Assembly (NCBI GenBank): GCA_038874115.1
Contig: JAVZDC010000002.1
Coordinates: 110,531 to 174,530 of the forward strand
Source: an archaeon
GTDB taxonomy: Archaea > B1Sed10-29 > JAVZDC01
Length of the DNA: 64,000 nucleotides
Direction of reading: 5' to 3'
This document shows, one piece after another, positions 39,322 through 47,842 of the stretch. The first letter of the stretch is position 1. Each line of letters starts with the position of its first letter. The translations under genes and the position numbers were made by a program. The notes under the pieces are model-generated. The model saw nothing but the letters and a program-made list of their open reading frames with translations. It had not been told where the DNA came from and ran no database searches.

Positions 39322-39636
39322 TCATTTAAACAGGCTTTTTAATATTTTTCCTAAATTCTTTCCAAGTTTATCAGCTTTAAGGGATAAGCCAGTAGGCCCA
39401 GGTTTTCCAACCTCAATCTCCAATTTTTCAGGATATATGCTTTTCGGCCCAACGTATTCTCTTTGTACAATTATTGGCTGAACTTTCACTTTTTCTGTAT
39501 GTTTTTTACTTTTGGATTGTTTTTTAAATTCTAAGAAAGCTACCCCAACTATCATAAGTATTACGGATAACCAAACTTGCTTTAGAAAAAAAGAGATGAT
39601 AGCACCAACGAAAGCAACAATACTAATTTTATTCAT
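39322..39636 (-). CDS. small membrane protein, paralogue family with cationic amphipathic C-terminal tail
   Basis: 104 aa; two TM helices, QPIIVQREYVGPKSIYPEK core, tail LGKNLGKILKSLFK. Confidence 0.6.
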   Translation of the reverse strand: MNKISIVAFVGAIISFFLKQVWLSVILMIVGVAFLEFKKQSKSKKHTEKVKVQPIIVQREYVGPKSIYPEKLEIEVGKPGPTGLSLKADKLGKNLGKILKSLFK

Positions 39637-39944
39637 CTATAGCCCCCAAGCATTCTTAATAATTCGTCATATCCTCCTTCTTCTGTTTGTTTTATTCCTT
39701 TTCTTTGAGCAAGTATGTAGATTATAGCTACTGCGATGATTATCGGAATAAACCAATTTTCTTTTAAATTGAGGAAATAAATGCTTGCTAAAGCTAACCA
39801 ACAAACCAAAGATATTGCAAAGCTTCTACTTATCAAAAGAATGAACAATGCACATGCGAACCCAAATACAGTTAGTTTAGCATTGATCAATATCGCAGAA
39901 AGCAATAATAAGATCAAGGTAGAATATAAATCAATCTCTGCCAT
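39633..39944 (-). CDS. hypothetical small polytopic membrane protein
   Basis: 103 aa, 3 TM helices; tightly packed with flanking genes on the same strand. Confidence 0.5.
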   Translation of the reverse strand: MAEIDLYSTLILLLLSAILINAKLTVFGFACALFILLISRSFAISLVCWLALASIYFLNLKENWFIPIIIAVAIIYILAQRKGIKQTEEGGYDELLRMLGGYR

Positions 39945-39964
39945 TTAAATCTTTCCCCCGCTTT

Positions 39965-40249
39965 TTATTTTTTTTCTTCTTTTTTCTCCGCTTTTTCACT
40001 CAAAGTTTCAGCCATTCCTTCTAAAAAGGCATAGCCGAAGAATAGTATTATTATCCAAATTATTAGCTCTGGATGCAGGTAAAACGTAAAATAACTTATT
40101 ATCGCAGCAAGGATTATTCCAATTTTTTTCGATCCAATAAAGTCCGATGCCCATTTGTATACGAATAAAAATAAAATAATTGTGAATACTATTCTTAAAT
40201 CATTCCAAATGTTACCCGCAACCCCAAACACAATTTCTTGCATCATCAT
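39965..40249 (-). CDS. hypothetical small membrane protein
   Basis: 94 aa, 2-3 TM helices, Lys/Glu-rich C-terminus. Confidence 0.5.
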   Translation of the reverse strand: MMMQEIVFGVAGNIWNDLRIVFTIILFLFVYKWASDFIGSKKIGIILAAIISYFTFYLHPELIIWIIILFFGYAFLEGMAETLSEKAEKKEEKK

Positions 40250-40280
40250 ACTTAATCCTTTCCATAATATATAAATTTTT

Positions 40281-40604
40281 TCAATATCTTTGTAGCATAA
40301 ACATTATTATTCCAGAAAAGCCCATCATAACGAGTAAATAAAAGGTGTAGGCTGGGACAAAAAGAAAATACAATTTTATTACAAAGATGTATATCAATAT
40401 TCCGCTAACGATATATGTTAAAATCCCTGGGCCCAAGAAATTCTTAACGAATGAATAAATTACAAATATGAAATATGCTATCATTAACCACTTAAATATT
40501 GGGAAAAGCTCTCCAAGAAGAAGAGGAAAGAGCATGATTGCTAAGAAAACAAGTAACAAGATAATCATGAACGGAGTGAAAAATAAAAATCCTTTTGTTT
40601 TCAA
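40281..40604 (-). CDS. hypothetical small polytopic membrane protein
   Basis: 107 aa, ~4 TM helices. Confidence 0.5.
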   Translation of the reverse strand: MKTKGFLFFTPFMIILLLVFLAIMLFPLLLGELFPIFKWLMIAYFIFVIYSFVKNFLGPGILTYIVSGILIYIFVIKLYFLFVPAYTFYLLVMMGFSGIIMFMLQRY

Positions 40605-40610
40605 AATTGT

Positions 40611-40973
40611 TCACCTCATCCTAGCCCTAGCTCTCATCATCGTATCTTCTGTTTCGATTCCCTCCATAGAAGGTTCTTTTCTCCAAGGTTTAACTATGGA
40701 TAGGTCGAATAAAACTTGTGTGAATCCAAATATAATGAATAAGTAAATGAACATCATCGGACCAAATATCTCAAAATGCTGGAATAGGAAGATATAAGCT
40801 AAAACCAAAGTAATGATTATTGTAACTGGCCCTCCACCAAACCTGTTTTTTACAAAACCAACAATAAACAGTAAAACCACGATTTTAAAAGCAAGAATAA
40901 GAAGGTCAAAATCAGATAAAACGTTCCCAAAAAGCTTTCCAATCAAAAATCCTTGAATATCTGGGAACCCCAT
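40611..40973 (-). CDS. hypothetical small membrane protein
   Basis: 120 aa, 3 TM helices, Arg-rich C-terminus (MMRARARMR); start 2 nt after the stop of the giant upstream gene. Confidence 0.5.
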   Translation of the reverse strand: MGFPDIQGFLIGKLFGNVLSDFDLLILAFKIVVLLFIVGFVKNRFGGGPVTIIITLVLAYIFLFQHFEIFGPMMFIYLFIIFGFTQVLFDLSIVKPWRKEPSMEGIETEDTMMRARARMR

Positions 40974-40974
40974 T

Positions 40975-43900
40975 TTAATCCTTGAAGTTACTTATTAAAG
41001 TTTCCAATTCTCCTGAATCTTTTGCGAATATCTTGTATCCTTGTGAATCAGACCAAATTATTCCGCTTTTAGGAATGTCTGCTGTACTGCCCCACTTATT
41101 TTTAAATATTGTTTGCGCATTTTGTTCGCACGTAGAGATACTTGTACAAATTGCCACAAATACACTTTTTATGTTGTCTGGGGGCGTAGTTCCAGATTTC
41201 CATAAGAAATTAACTTCTGCAGGAGATACTTTTTCAATCTTCGCAATTAAATTTATTATATTATTGTTAAGTTTCTCCTTTACATCTCGCGAGCATTCTC
41301 CGTTTCCTTGAACGCAGATTCCTTGAATTGTTGAGGATGTTAATGTAAGATAATTCTCCCCTATAGAGTCTTCATCAATGTATTTTAAAGATAGTGTTCC
41401 TCTAAGAGTTTTTTCTAAATTACTTATTAATTCCTCTAATTCCCCTTTATTTTTTCCAATGATGTATGTGTTCCATCCTTTTCTAAATATTATGTTAGCT
41501 TCGTACCTTCCAAGTTTATCAGATACTAGATGACATGGAGCTTTCTTATCTTCTCCTTCATTGATTATAGCTGATTCGTTGCATATCTTCACTATGATAG
41601 TAGGACCCAACTCGATTTCATTTTTTTGAGTTATTTCTTTTAAAGTTACATCCGTGTTCCATTGTGCTTTTAAAGCTTTTCCTAACTTCTGCAAAATACC
41701 GTCCTTTTCCGAGCCCCCTATTCCTTCAAAGTACACATGTACATAGATTGCTGGTGTTGTCGAAGAACTTAACGATTCGTTAAGTACAGGCCAAAATGCT
41801 TGTACTCCTCTCACATCATTTTCATTTTCATCCACAATTTCCAATCCTGAAAGTCTTCCTGTAGAATCAAACGAATTTATTTCAACGCAGGAATCAGTTA
41901 TTTTATTTATTTTAAGCTGATATTCCCCTGCCCCTTCAATTCTAGCCCCATTGTTTATTAATACACATTTTTCTTTTCCAGAGGTACAATAACCGCATGA
42001 GCTCTGAGATGCCATTTCACTTATTATCACAAACTCCGCTTTAGAATATATTTCTGTAAATATTCTTTGAATATCTTGCGGTGTCGCGCCTTTTAAAGCC
42101 ACAGATTTGAAAGTCACTGGATTTGGACTTGAGAAATTGTCCGTTTTCTCTATAATAAATGCTAAAATTTGATCAAGAGAGCAAAAGTTTGTTTCACAGT
42201 CAAGAGGAAGACCATACTTCTGAATCTTTAAAGGTTTAAAGTATCCTTCAGAAATTTCTTCAACACTCGGAGCTTTTGCCATTATCGTAAGTCGAATCGT
42301 GTATGCGGAGCTTATTTTTTTATTTGACTTAAACTCCTTTGACGCGTTAATAGTAATGTTTATGTTATTTATTTCAGACGCGCCAGCTTCCAATGTTTTC
42401 CCAAAACTATATTTTATCTCCGCTCCTTGTGTGTATTGAGAAAATGAAGAAATATATCCACTTGGGGATGCTCCTCCAGTCCCTTCGACTACCACTTTGG
42501 TAATGTCCACTTCTACATCCGGGTCGCATTTTTTGAGAGTTAGAGATACGGGATTAGATTCGGTACAATTATTGTCACGTGGTGCTTCAAAGCTTGCTTC
42601 TTTTGTCATAACTTTAGATACTGAGATCAAACAAGAATGAGTTTCCCTTGTTGAAACGTCTAGATTGATTGATTTGGTTGTTGGAATTTCTAGACAAGGA
42701 CTTGCTACTTTTTTTATCTGGCCTTCCTTTAAATTATCTCCTGAAAGATTTATTTCTATTTTTGTTCCTGGGTATGCTCGTACTTGGTCATCAAAATAAA
42801 TCTCTATCCGATCTCTCTTATATTTGTAATTATTCGAATATTCTGAACTTTTAATTTGAATCGTTCTTCCATCCATTGTAATTTTTCCTTCTACATGGTA
42901 TTGTTTTGGATTTATAGGGGTATTCAAACCCTCTTTATATACTTTTATCGAAAAGTTAGTAGTTAAATCAGTTATTTTTTCAGGTTCTATTTCAATTCTT
43001 ATCGAAGCTTGTGCAGAATAGTTTATTTTGGTCTCAGCTACTTTGTTATTGTCGACAAAAGAATGAATTATCACTTGCGGAGGTATTTTAGCCTCTGCTT
43101 CAATCTTTACAATTATTTTTTCCCCAGTTCTCCAATCTTTTAAACTTAATTTAACATCTGTTTCATTCGCTTCGTATTCCGATTCATCAATAGTCGTAAG
43201 AGTATTGTTAAATTCTCTTAATACCATCGTGGTTAAAAATTCAGTAGTAATTCCAGATAAAGTATTGCTTGTAATACTTATCTCAGATGAACTTCTGGTT
43301 GAACCCTCGTTTATAAATGAAATTGTTAAGTTGTACTTAGGTTCATTTTCTTTAATCTCTACAGCGTTTGGAGAATAGGAGTTACCTTTATAGTTCACTT
43401 CTGCTTTAACCATTATTGTTTTGTCCTCCAAACCTGGCTCCAAATTGCTTTCTCGTGAGATATAAAAGAATATCTTTTTCGTCCCCTTTTTCGGATCGCT
43501 AACTTTCGCGTCTCCTTTATACCAAGTAGCAGAGTATTCCAAAGTTACATTATCGTTGAAACAAGTTGTTTTTACTCTTATAGGTACACGCACCTCTAAA
43601 GTAGTATTTCTATATTCATCTGGGTATCCGGATATTACATACGTTACGCCAGACACCTCTGTCGATTGTGTGAAATCAGTCGGCTCGACTCTTCCAAATT
43701 CTAAACATCCACTACGTTCCTTTATAGAAAATTCTGCTTTATCTACAGGTTCATTATTTAAATCTGGGAGGGAAACTAAGAAATGTAAAACATATTGTTC
43801 TCCTACTGAAAGACTTTCTTCAACATTCCCATTGGTTGCTCTATCAAAATAGACTGTAAAGTTTACGAATGCAAGCTTCAAATCTATTGAAACATCTTTA

Positions 43901-45684
43901 GTTAACATACCTACGTCAATAATCCCTCCATATATTTTTCCTGTTGAAGTATTTCTCCAAGTTCCTTTTACTATTATGTTCGAGTATTCTGGAACTTCAA
44001 ATTCTACGTACCCATCGATCGATGTTTTACCGCTTGTAAGTTGAACGAGTTCTTGTTCTTCCCCAACTCTTTTATCAAAAAGTACTACTTCTGCATTCGA
44101 AAGTACTTCTTCGCTCTCTTTTTCTAAAACAGTTATTCCTATGGTATATTTTTTCCTTTCAATTTCTATAACTTTCCTAACAAGGGACCCTCCTTTCACT
44201 GTAACTTGGACGCAACTACTTGAATCATTAAACCTTATTGCTTTTACACAATATTCTCCGATAGGCACACCATTAAACATAACTTTTCCATCCACCCCTG
44301 TTTTTTCAGGTATGGAAGGAATTCCAAGTAATTGAGACTCATCTTTTGAAAATAATTTTACTTCAGCATCCTTTACAGGTATTTCAGTTCCTTTAAAAAT
44401 TACAGTTACCTTTATGTCTCCATACTCTCCAGAAGTAAGTTCCGTCAAATATATTTTTTTACTTTCGCCCCCAACTATTTCGAATTCAGTATAATTGTAT
44501 CCTTGTAAAAATACGCTAGCTCGGTAAGTTTCTCTCTTTTTTAATGCAATCTTTGCGACACCAGTTTCATCAGATTCTGCCTTACTAATTATATCGTTTC
44601 CTTTGAATACTGTAATATATGCTCCTCCAACCGGAACTTCCCCACTTTGAGTTTGCTTAAAAGTATAGATGTAAGTTGGAGATGTTGTATTTACTTGAAT
44701 TAAAATCTCTAAAGTTCCGCCAGTTATGTTAGCAACCCAAGTTTTGTTTTCATCAATGTAACTGTCATAATTTGTATTATTTTCCCCTGCTTCAACTTTT
44801 ACTGAGAAGTTAGCATTCTTTGGAACTTTGAGGTTTGCAATTCCCAAATAACCTTGAGAATACCCTGTTGTCTCTGAAGAATAAGTGTAGTTAGTTAATG
44901 GATTTACAAGTTTTACCGTGACTCCAGCCAAAGGATTATTATTTTCATCAACAACTTTTACTTTGACTTTCACATATTCTTCTTTTATTTCTTTCCGATC
45001 TAGTTTGATGCAAACTCCAGAATCTATTTTATTTTTTATGTACTCTCCAGGCAGTAAATCAGTCTCATAGTTCAAAGTTTCAAATTTATAAGAATAATTT
45101 ATTACAAAATTACTCATTACACAAGTAGCATTTTCCTCACAAGAAAGAACGTCTTTTTCTTTAACCACTCTTTCTCCATCATAGGCGGAGTATTTAATTG
45201 AACTTATGCTTAATTCTGAAAAATCTGCTGTTTCAAAGCAAAGTTGTACTGATGTTCTTGAAAGCTCGCCTTGGCATTTTAAATATATTGGAATCTGGTA
45301 CGTATCTGATTCTACAGTTATCGTAGATTCGTAATTTAAACATCCTGTTTTTTCCACCTGAATAGAATATTCACCAGGTTCTGCTGAGAGTTCAACGATC
45401 CCATCAACAGTTTCTCCACTATATACTGTTTTCCCATTCAAATCCTTTAAAGTTATTGATGCGCCAGATATTCCTATTTTTGTAATGTTGTCTTTTACAA
45501 ATATGGAAAATTGTATTTCTTTTGGGGTAGGTGCTCCTCCTCCCCCTCCAGCCAGCATTAAATAAATTCCAACAAGTATTGCAACGAATATTCCAGCAAA
45601 AACAGGTAAAGAAGGTATTCCCTTTTTTTCCAAAGGATCTATAATTGAATAGATTGGAACACCTTTCGAATCTAAAAAATCCAA
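40975..45684 (-). CDS. giant (1569 aa) surface adhesin-like protein with prepilin-like N-terminal anchor and Ig-like/prealbumin-like beta-sandwich repeats
   Basis: N-terminus EKKGIPSLPVFAGIFVAILVGIYLML (basic, KG, hydrophobic helix) then Gly5 linker; many beta-rich repeats (e.g. VKVKVVDENNNPLAGVTVKLVNPLTNYTY); last long gene of the pilus-like operon. Confidence 0.8.
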   Translation of the reverse strand: MDFLDSKGVPIYSIIDPLEKKGIPSLPVFAGIFVAILVGIYLMLAGGGGGAPTPKEIQFSIFVKDNITKIGISGASITLKDLNGKTVYSGETVDGIVELSAEPGEYSIQVEKTGCLNYESTITVESDTYQIPIYLKCQGELSRTSVQLCFETADFSELSISSIKYSAYDGERVVKEKDVLSCEENATCVMSNFVINYSYKFETLNYETDLLPGEYIKNKIDSGVCIKLDRKEIKEEYVKVKVKVVDENNNPLAGVTVKLVNPLTNYTYSSETTGYSQGYLGIANLKVPKNANFSVKVEAGENNTNYDSYIDENKTWVANITGGTLEILIQVNTTSPTYIYTFKQTQSGEVPVGGAYITVFKGNDIISKAESDETGVAKIALKKRETYRASVFLQGYNYTEFEIVGGESKKIYLTELTSGEYGDIKVTVIFKGTEIPVKDAEVKLFSKDESQLLGIPSIPEKTGVDGKVMFNGVPIGEYCVKAIRFNDSSSCVQVTVKGGSLVRKVIEIERKKYTIGITVLEKESEEVLSNAEVVLFDKRVGEEQELVQLTSGKTSIDGYVEFEVPEYSNIIVKGTWRNTSTGKIYGGIIDVGMLTKDVSIDLKLAFVNFTVYFDRATNGNVEESLSVGEQYVLHFLVSLPDLNNEPVDKAEFSIKERSGCLEFGRVEPTDFTQSTEVSGVTYVISGYPDEYRNTTLEVRVPIRVKTTCFNDNVTLEYSATWYKGDAKVSDPKKGTKKIFFYISRESNLEPGLEDKTIMVKAEVNYKGNSYSPNAVEIKENEPKYNLTISFINEGSTRSSSEISITSNTLSGITTEFLTTMVLREFNNTLTTIDESEYEANETDVKLSLKDWRTGEKIIVKIEAEAKIPPQVIIHSFVDNNKVAETKINYSAQASIRIEIEPEKITDLTTNFSIKVYKEGLNTPINPKQYHVEGKITMDGRTIQIKSSEYSNNYKYKRDRIEIYFDDQVRAYPGTKIEINLSGDNLKEGQIKKVASPCLEIPTTKSINLDVSTRETHSCLISVSKVMTKEASFEAPRDNNCTESNPVSLTLKKCDPDVEVDITKVVVEGTGGASPSGYISSFSQYTQGAEIKYSFGKTLEAGASEINNINITINASKEFKSNKKISSAYTIRLTIMAKAPSVEEISEGYFKPLKIQKYGLPLDCETNFCSLDQILAFIIEKTDNFSSPNPVTFKSVALKGATPQDIQRIFTEIYSKAEFVIISEMASQSSCGYCTSGKEKCVLINNGARIEGAGEYQLKINKITDSCVEINSFDSTGRLSGLEIVDENENDVRGVQAFWPVLNESLSSSTTPAIYVHVYFEGIGGSEKDGILQKLGKALKAQWNTDVTLKEITQKNEIELGPTIIVKICNESAIINEGEDKKAPCHLVSDKLGRYEANIIFRKGWNTYIIGKNKGELEELISNLEKTLRGTLSLKYIDEDSIGENYLTLTSSTIQGICVQGNGECSRDVKEKLNNNIINLIAKIEKVSPAEVNFLWKSGTTPPDNIKSVFVAICTSISTCEQNAQTIFKNKWGSTADIPKSGIIWSDSQGYKIFAKDSGELETLISNFKD

Positions 45685-45797
45685 GAGATCAAACCATTTG
45701 TCCTCTATCGAATAATAAATTTCTTTTAAATTCGTAAGACCACCTTTATCATGTTCTATTTTCTAATGCCACCATAGTATATAAAATTTTTTCTTTT

Positions 45798-46601
45798 TTA
45801 GCAACTTGATGGTGTAATCGATATCGTGGTTGTTATGTATTCAATTGTTTGGTCTGGATTGGAATAACGGAATATTATTTTAGTTAATCCTTCTATTCCT
45901 TGGGAAATTCCAACTATTTCAACTCTTGATGCTTCGGCCTCTGCTTTCATTTGTCCGCAACTACCATCATTTTTAGCTGCAATGTATGATTTCTCCAATC
46001 TCTTACAAAGAGGAGCACTAGAAACCCAAGTTCTGCTTTCCGGCCCAATAAAGATCGTTAATTTATCTTTCTCATTATTTTTATTTTTAAAAGTAACTTT
46101 AAAAATGTCTTTCCCTTTAAATTTACTTCCATCTATTTCTATTTTAACCTTTCCTTCCGAGTCACAACTTAGTGTTATAGGTTTAATTTCACCTAAAGTC
46201 TTTGAAAGTTGGTCATAAAAATTAGCCGGATATTCTGGAGAATATTCTGTCGCACTTTCAACGCTAGACCCCATACCTTGATAGATTCCGTTTCCCCCTA
46301 AGGTTAAATCATTTTCTAACTTTCTTATAATCATGTATTTTAAATTCTCCGAGCTGCCATACTTGGAAAGGTCGAGCGTAAAATTAGAAGCTATCGCATT
46401 TTCAATTTGAGCGTAAATGTGGCTTTCAACAGTTGCTTTTATCATCTTTGCAGAATTACTTTGAAAAGAGTTTTCTTGGAAATTAATTAGACTTTTTGAT
46501 ACTCTTACATTATTCTCCACGACTACTACTGCTGTAAAACTTGCTATCAAAACCAGCAAGGTTCCAATCAAGGCACTAAAAAGAGAAAAACCTCTTCTCA
46601 T
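45798..46601 (-). CDS. prepilin-like protein (class III signal peptide), 267 aa
   Basis: N-terminus MRRGFSLFSALIGTLLVLIASFTAVVVV (basic, RG, hydrophobic helix), as in archaeal type IV pilin precursors. Confidence 0.6.
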   Translation of the reverse strand: MRRGFSLFSALIGTLLVLIASFTAVVVVENNVRVSKSLINFQENSFQSNSAKMIKATVESHIYAQIENAIASNFTLDLSKYGSSENLKYMIIRKLENDLTLGGNGIYQGMGSSVESATEYSPEYPANFYDQLSKTLGEIKPITLSCDSEGKVKIEIDGSKFKGKDIFKVTFKNKNNEKDKLTIFIGPESRTWVSSAPLCKRLEKSYIAAKNDGSCGQMKAEAEASRVEIVGISQGIEGLTKIIFRYSNPDQTIEYITTTISITPSSC

Positions 46602-46752
46602 GAATATTTCTCTAATGCATGAAAATAAAGGAAGGGGTTTGTGCGAATTGTGCTGCGCCTGAAAACATTGGTTTTATGACTGCAAATAAAAGTATTGTTG
46701 CAATGATGATTATTATTAAGATATAAAGTGGAGTCCATTCCATGGAAATTAC

Positions 46753-47175
46753 CTAACATCCCTGTGGTAAAGTAGGTGTACCGCCTATGCCTACGACACA
46801 TTTATTAGTTCCACAAACAGCATAGACATCCACAGGTACATTTTTCTGCGGGGAGAATGTATTCTCATCGCAGTTTGCAATATTATTATTGATATTACTC
46901 GCGCATTCGAATTCTATATCTTTTCCCGCAGCTTCAACAAACTTTGAGGATCTAGCTGAATACGAGGTTCCAGTTTTTAATTTTACTGGAGTTGAACTTT
47001 TTTGAATATTGCAAGGTGAATTTGCTGCAGACTGAAGCAATGCTGCTACGGTTGTATCGAACTCTTGGCCAGGTACTGTTATTCCTCCAAGAATACTTAA
47101 TAAAATCGCTAAAATCATTACCGCAACTACCGCAGCAATCATAAGTTGGAACGTATCGAATGCTTGTCCTTTCAC
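46753..47175 (-). CDS. archaeal type IV pilin-like protein (class III signal peptide)
   Basis: N-terminus MKGQAFDTFQLMIAAVVAVMILAILLSILGG: KGQ motif then hydrophobic helix, matching the archaeal prepilin signal; Cys-containing C-terminal domain. Confidence 0.7.
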   Translation of the reverse strand: MKGQAFDTFQLMIAAVVAVMILAILLSILGGITVPGQEFDTTVAALLQSAANSPCNIQKSSTPVKLKTGTSYSARSSKFVEAAGKDIEFECASNINNNIANCDENTFSPQKNVPVDVYAVCGTNKCVVGIGGTPTLPQGC

Positions 47176-47190
47176 GCATTCACCTCCAAT

Positions 47191-47403
47191 TCACCATTTA
47201 TAATACGGACATATCTTACATTCTTCAGGTACTTGTTCAACAGTCCAAGGTTTTCCTATTAATTCTTTAACTTGCGGTGGGCAATCAGGGAAAGAACCAT
47301 AACAATTTGGAAACTTTTTTGCTTTTTTTATTTCTTCATAAATTTTTTCTCCTTCTTTTTTTCTTTTTATGATCGGTGTCCTTCTTCTTTTACCTCCACC
47401 CAT
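47191..47403 (-). CDS. hypothetical small basic Cys4 protein (70 aa)
   Basis: Highly basic N-terminus (GGGKRRRTPIIKRKK), four Cys (C-x5-C…C-x2-C); sits between two pilin genes. Confidence 0.45.
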   Translation of the reverse strand: MGGGKRRRTPIIKRKKEGEKIYEEIKKAKKFPNCYGSFPDCPPQVKELIGKPWTVEQVPEECKICPYYKW

Positions 47404-47443
47404 AACTTCACTACGTGTTTTTTATATAAAAATCTTTCTTTTT

Positions 47444-47842
47444 TTAAGAACAACTATCTGAGCAAAGATATATTGTACATCCTTGTTGTGAGTCGCACTT
47501 TGTAGATATTGGAATTTTCATATTGTATTTTGCAGTACAAAGGAATCCTTCACAATCTACTTTATTTCCGCACCTGTTCCTAATTCCTATAGATGTATCT
47601 GGGAAAAAATGTTGTATGCTTTTAGATGATATTGTTTCTCCTTTTTTTAGTTCAAAATCCCGAGATATGCATTGGGATGCTACTCTTACAGAATAAGCTT
47701 CCCCAACAATCTCTTTTAATAATGCTCCTGTTTCAAAAGGTTTTGGAGTAGAACTTATATATGCAAAGATTATTGCTGCTAAAGCGATAGCAAAAATTCC
47801 AGCAAGCATCATTTCAAAAATCGTAAAAGCTTGTCCTTTCAT
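47444..47842 (-). CDS. archaeal type IV pilin-like protein (class III signal peptide)
   Basis: N-terminus MKGQAFTIFEMMLAGIFAIALAAIIFAYI; paralogue of 46753..47175; overlaps the platform gene stop by 4 nt. Confidence 0.7.
   Translation of the reverse strand: MKGQAFTIFEMMLAGIFAIALAAIIFAYISSTPKPFETGALLKEIVGEAYSVRVASQCISRDFELKKGETISSKSIQHFFPDTSIGIRNRCGNKVDCEGFLCTAKYNMKIPISTKCDSQQGCTIYLCSDSCS

Noticed and set aside
46598-47179. Track ORFs 46598..46801 and 46952..47179 (minus strand)
   Set aside because: Both overlap the better-supported KGQ-pilin gene 46753..47175 in other frames or the inter-genic gap; no independent support.
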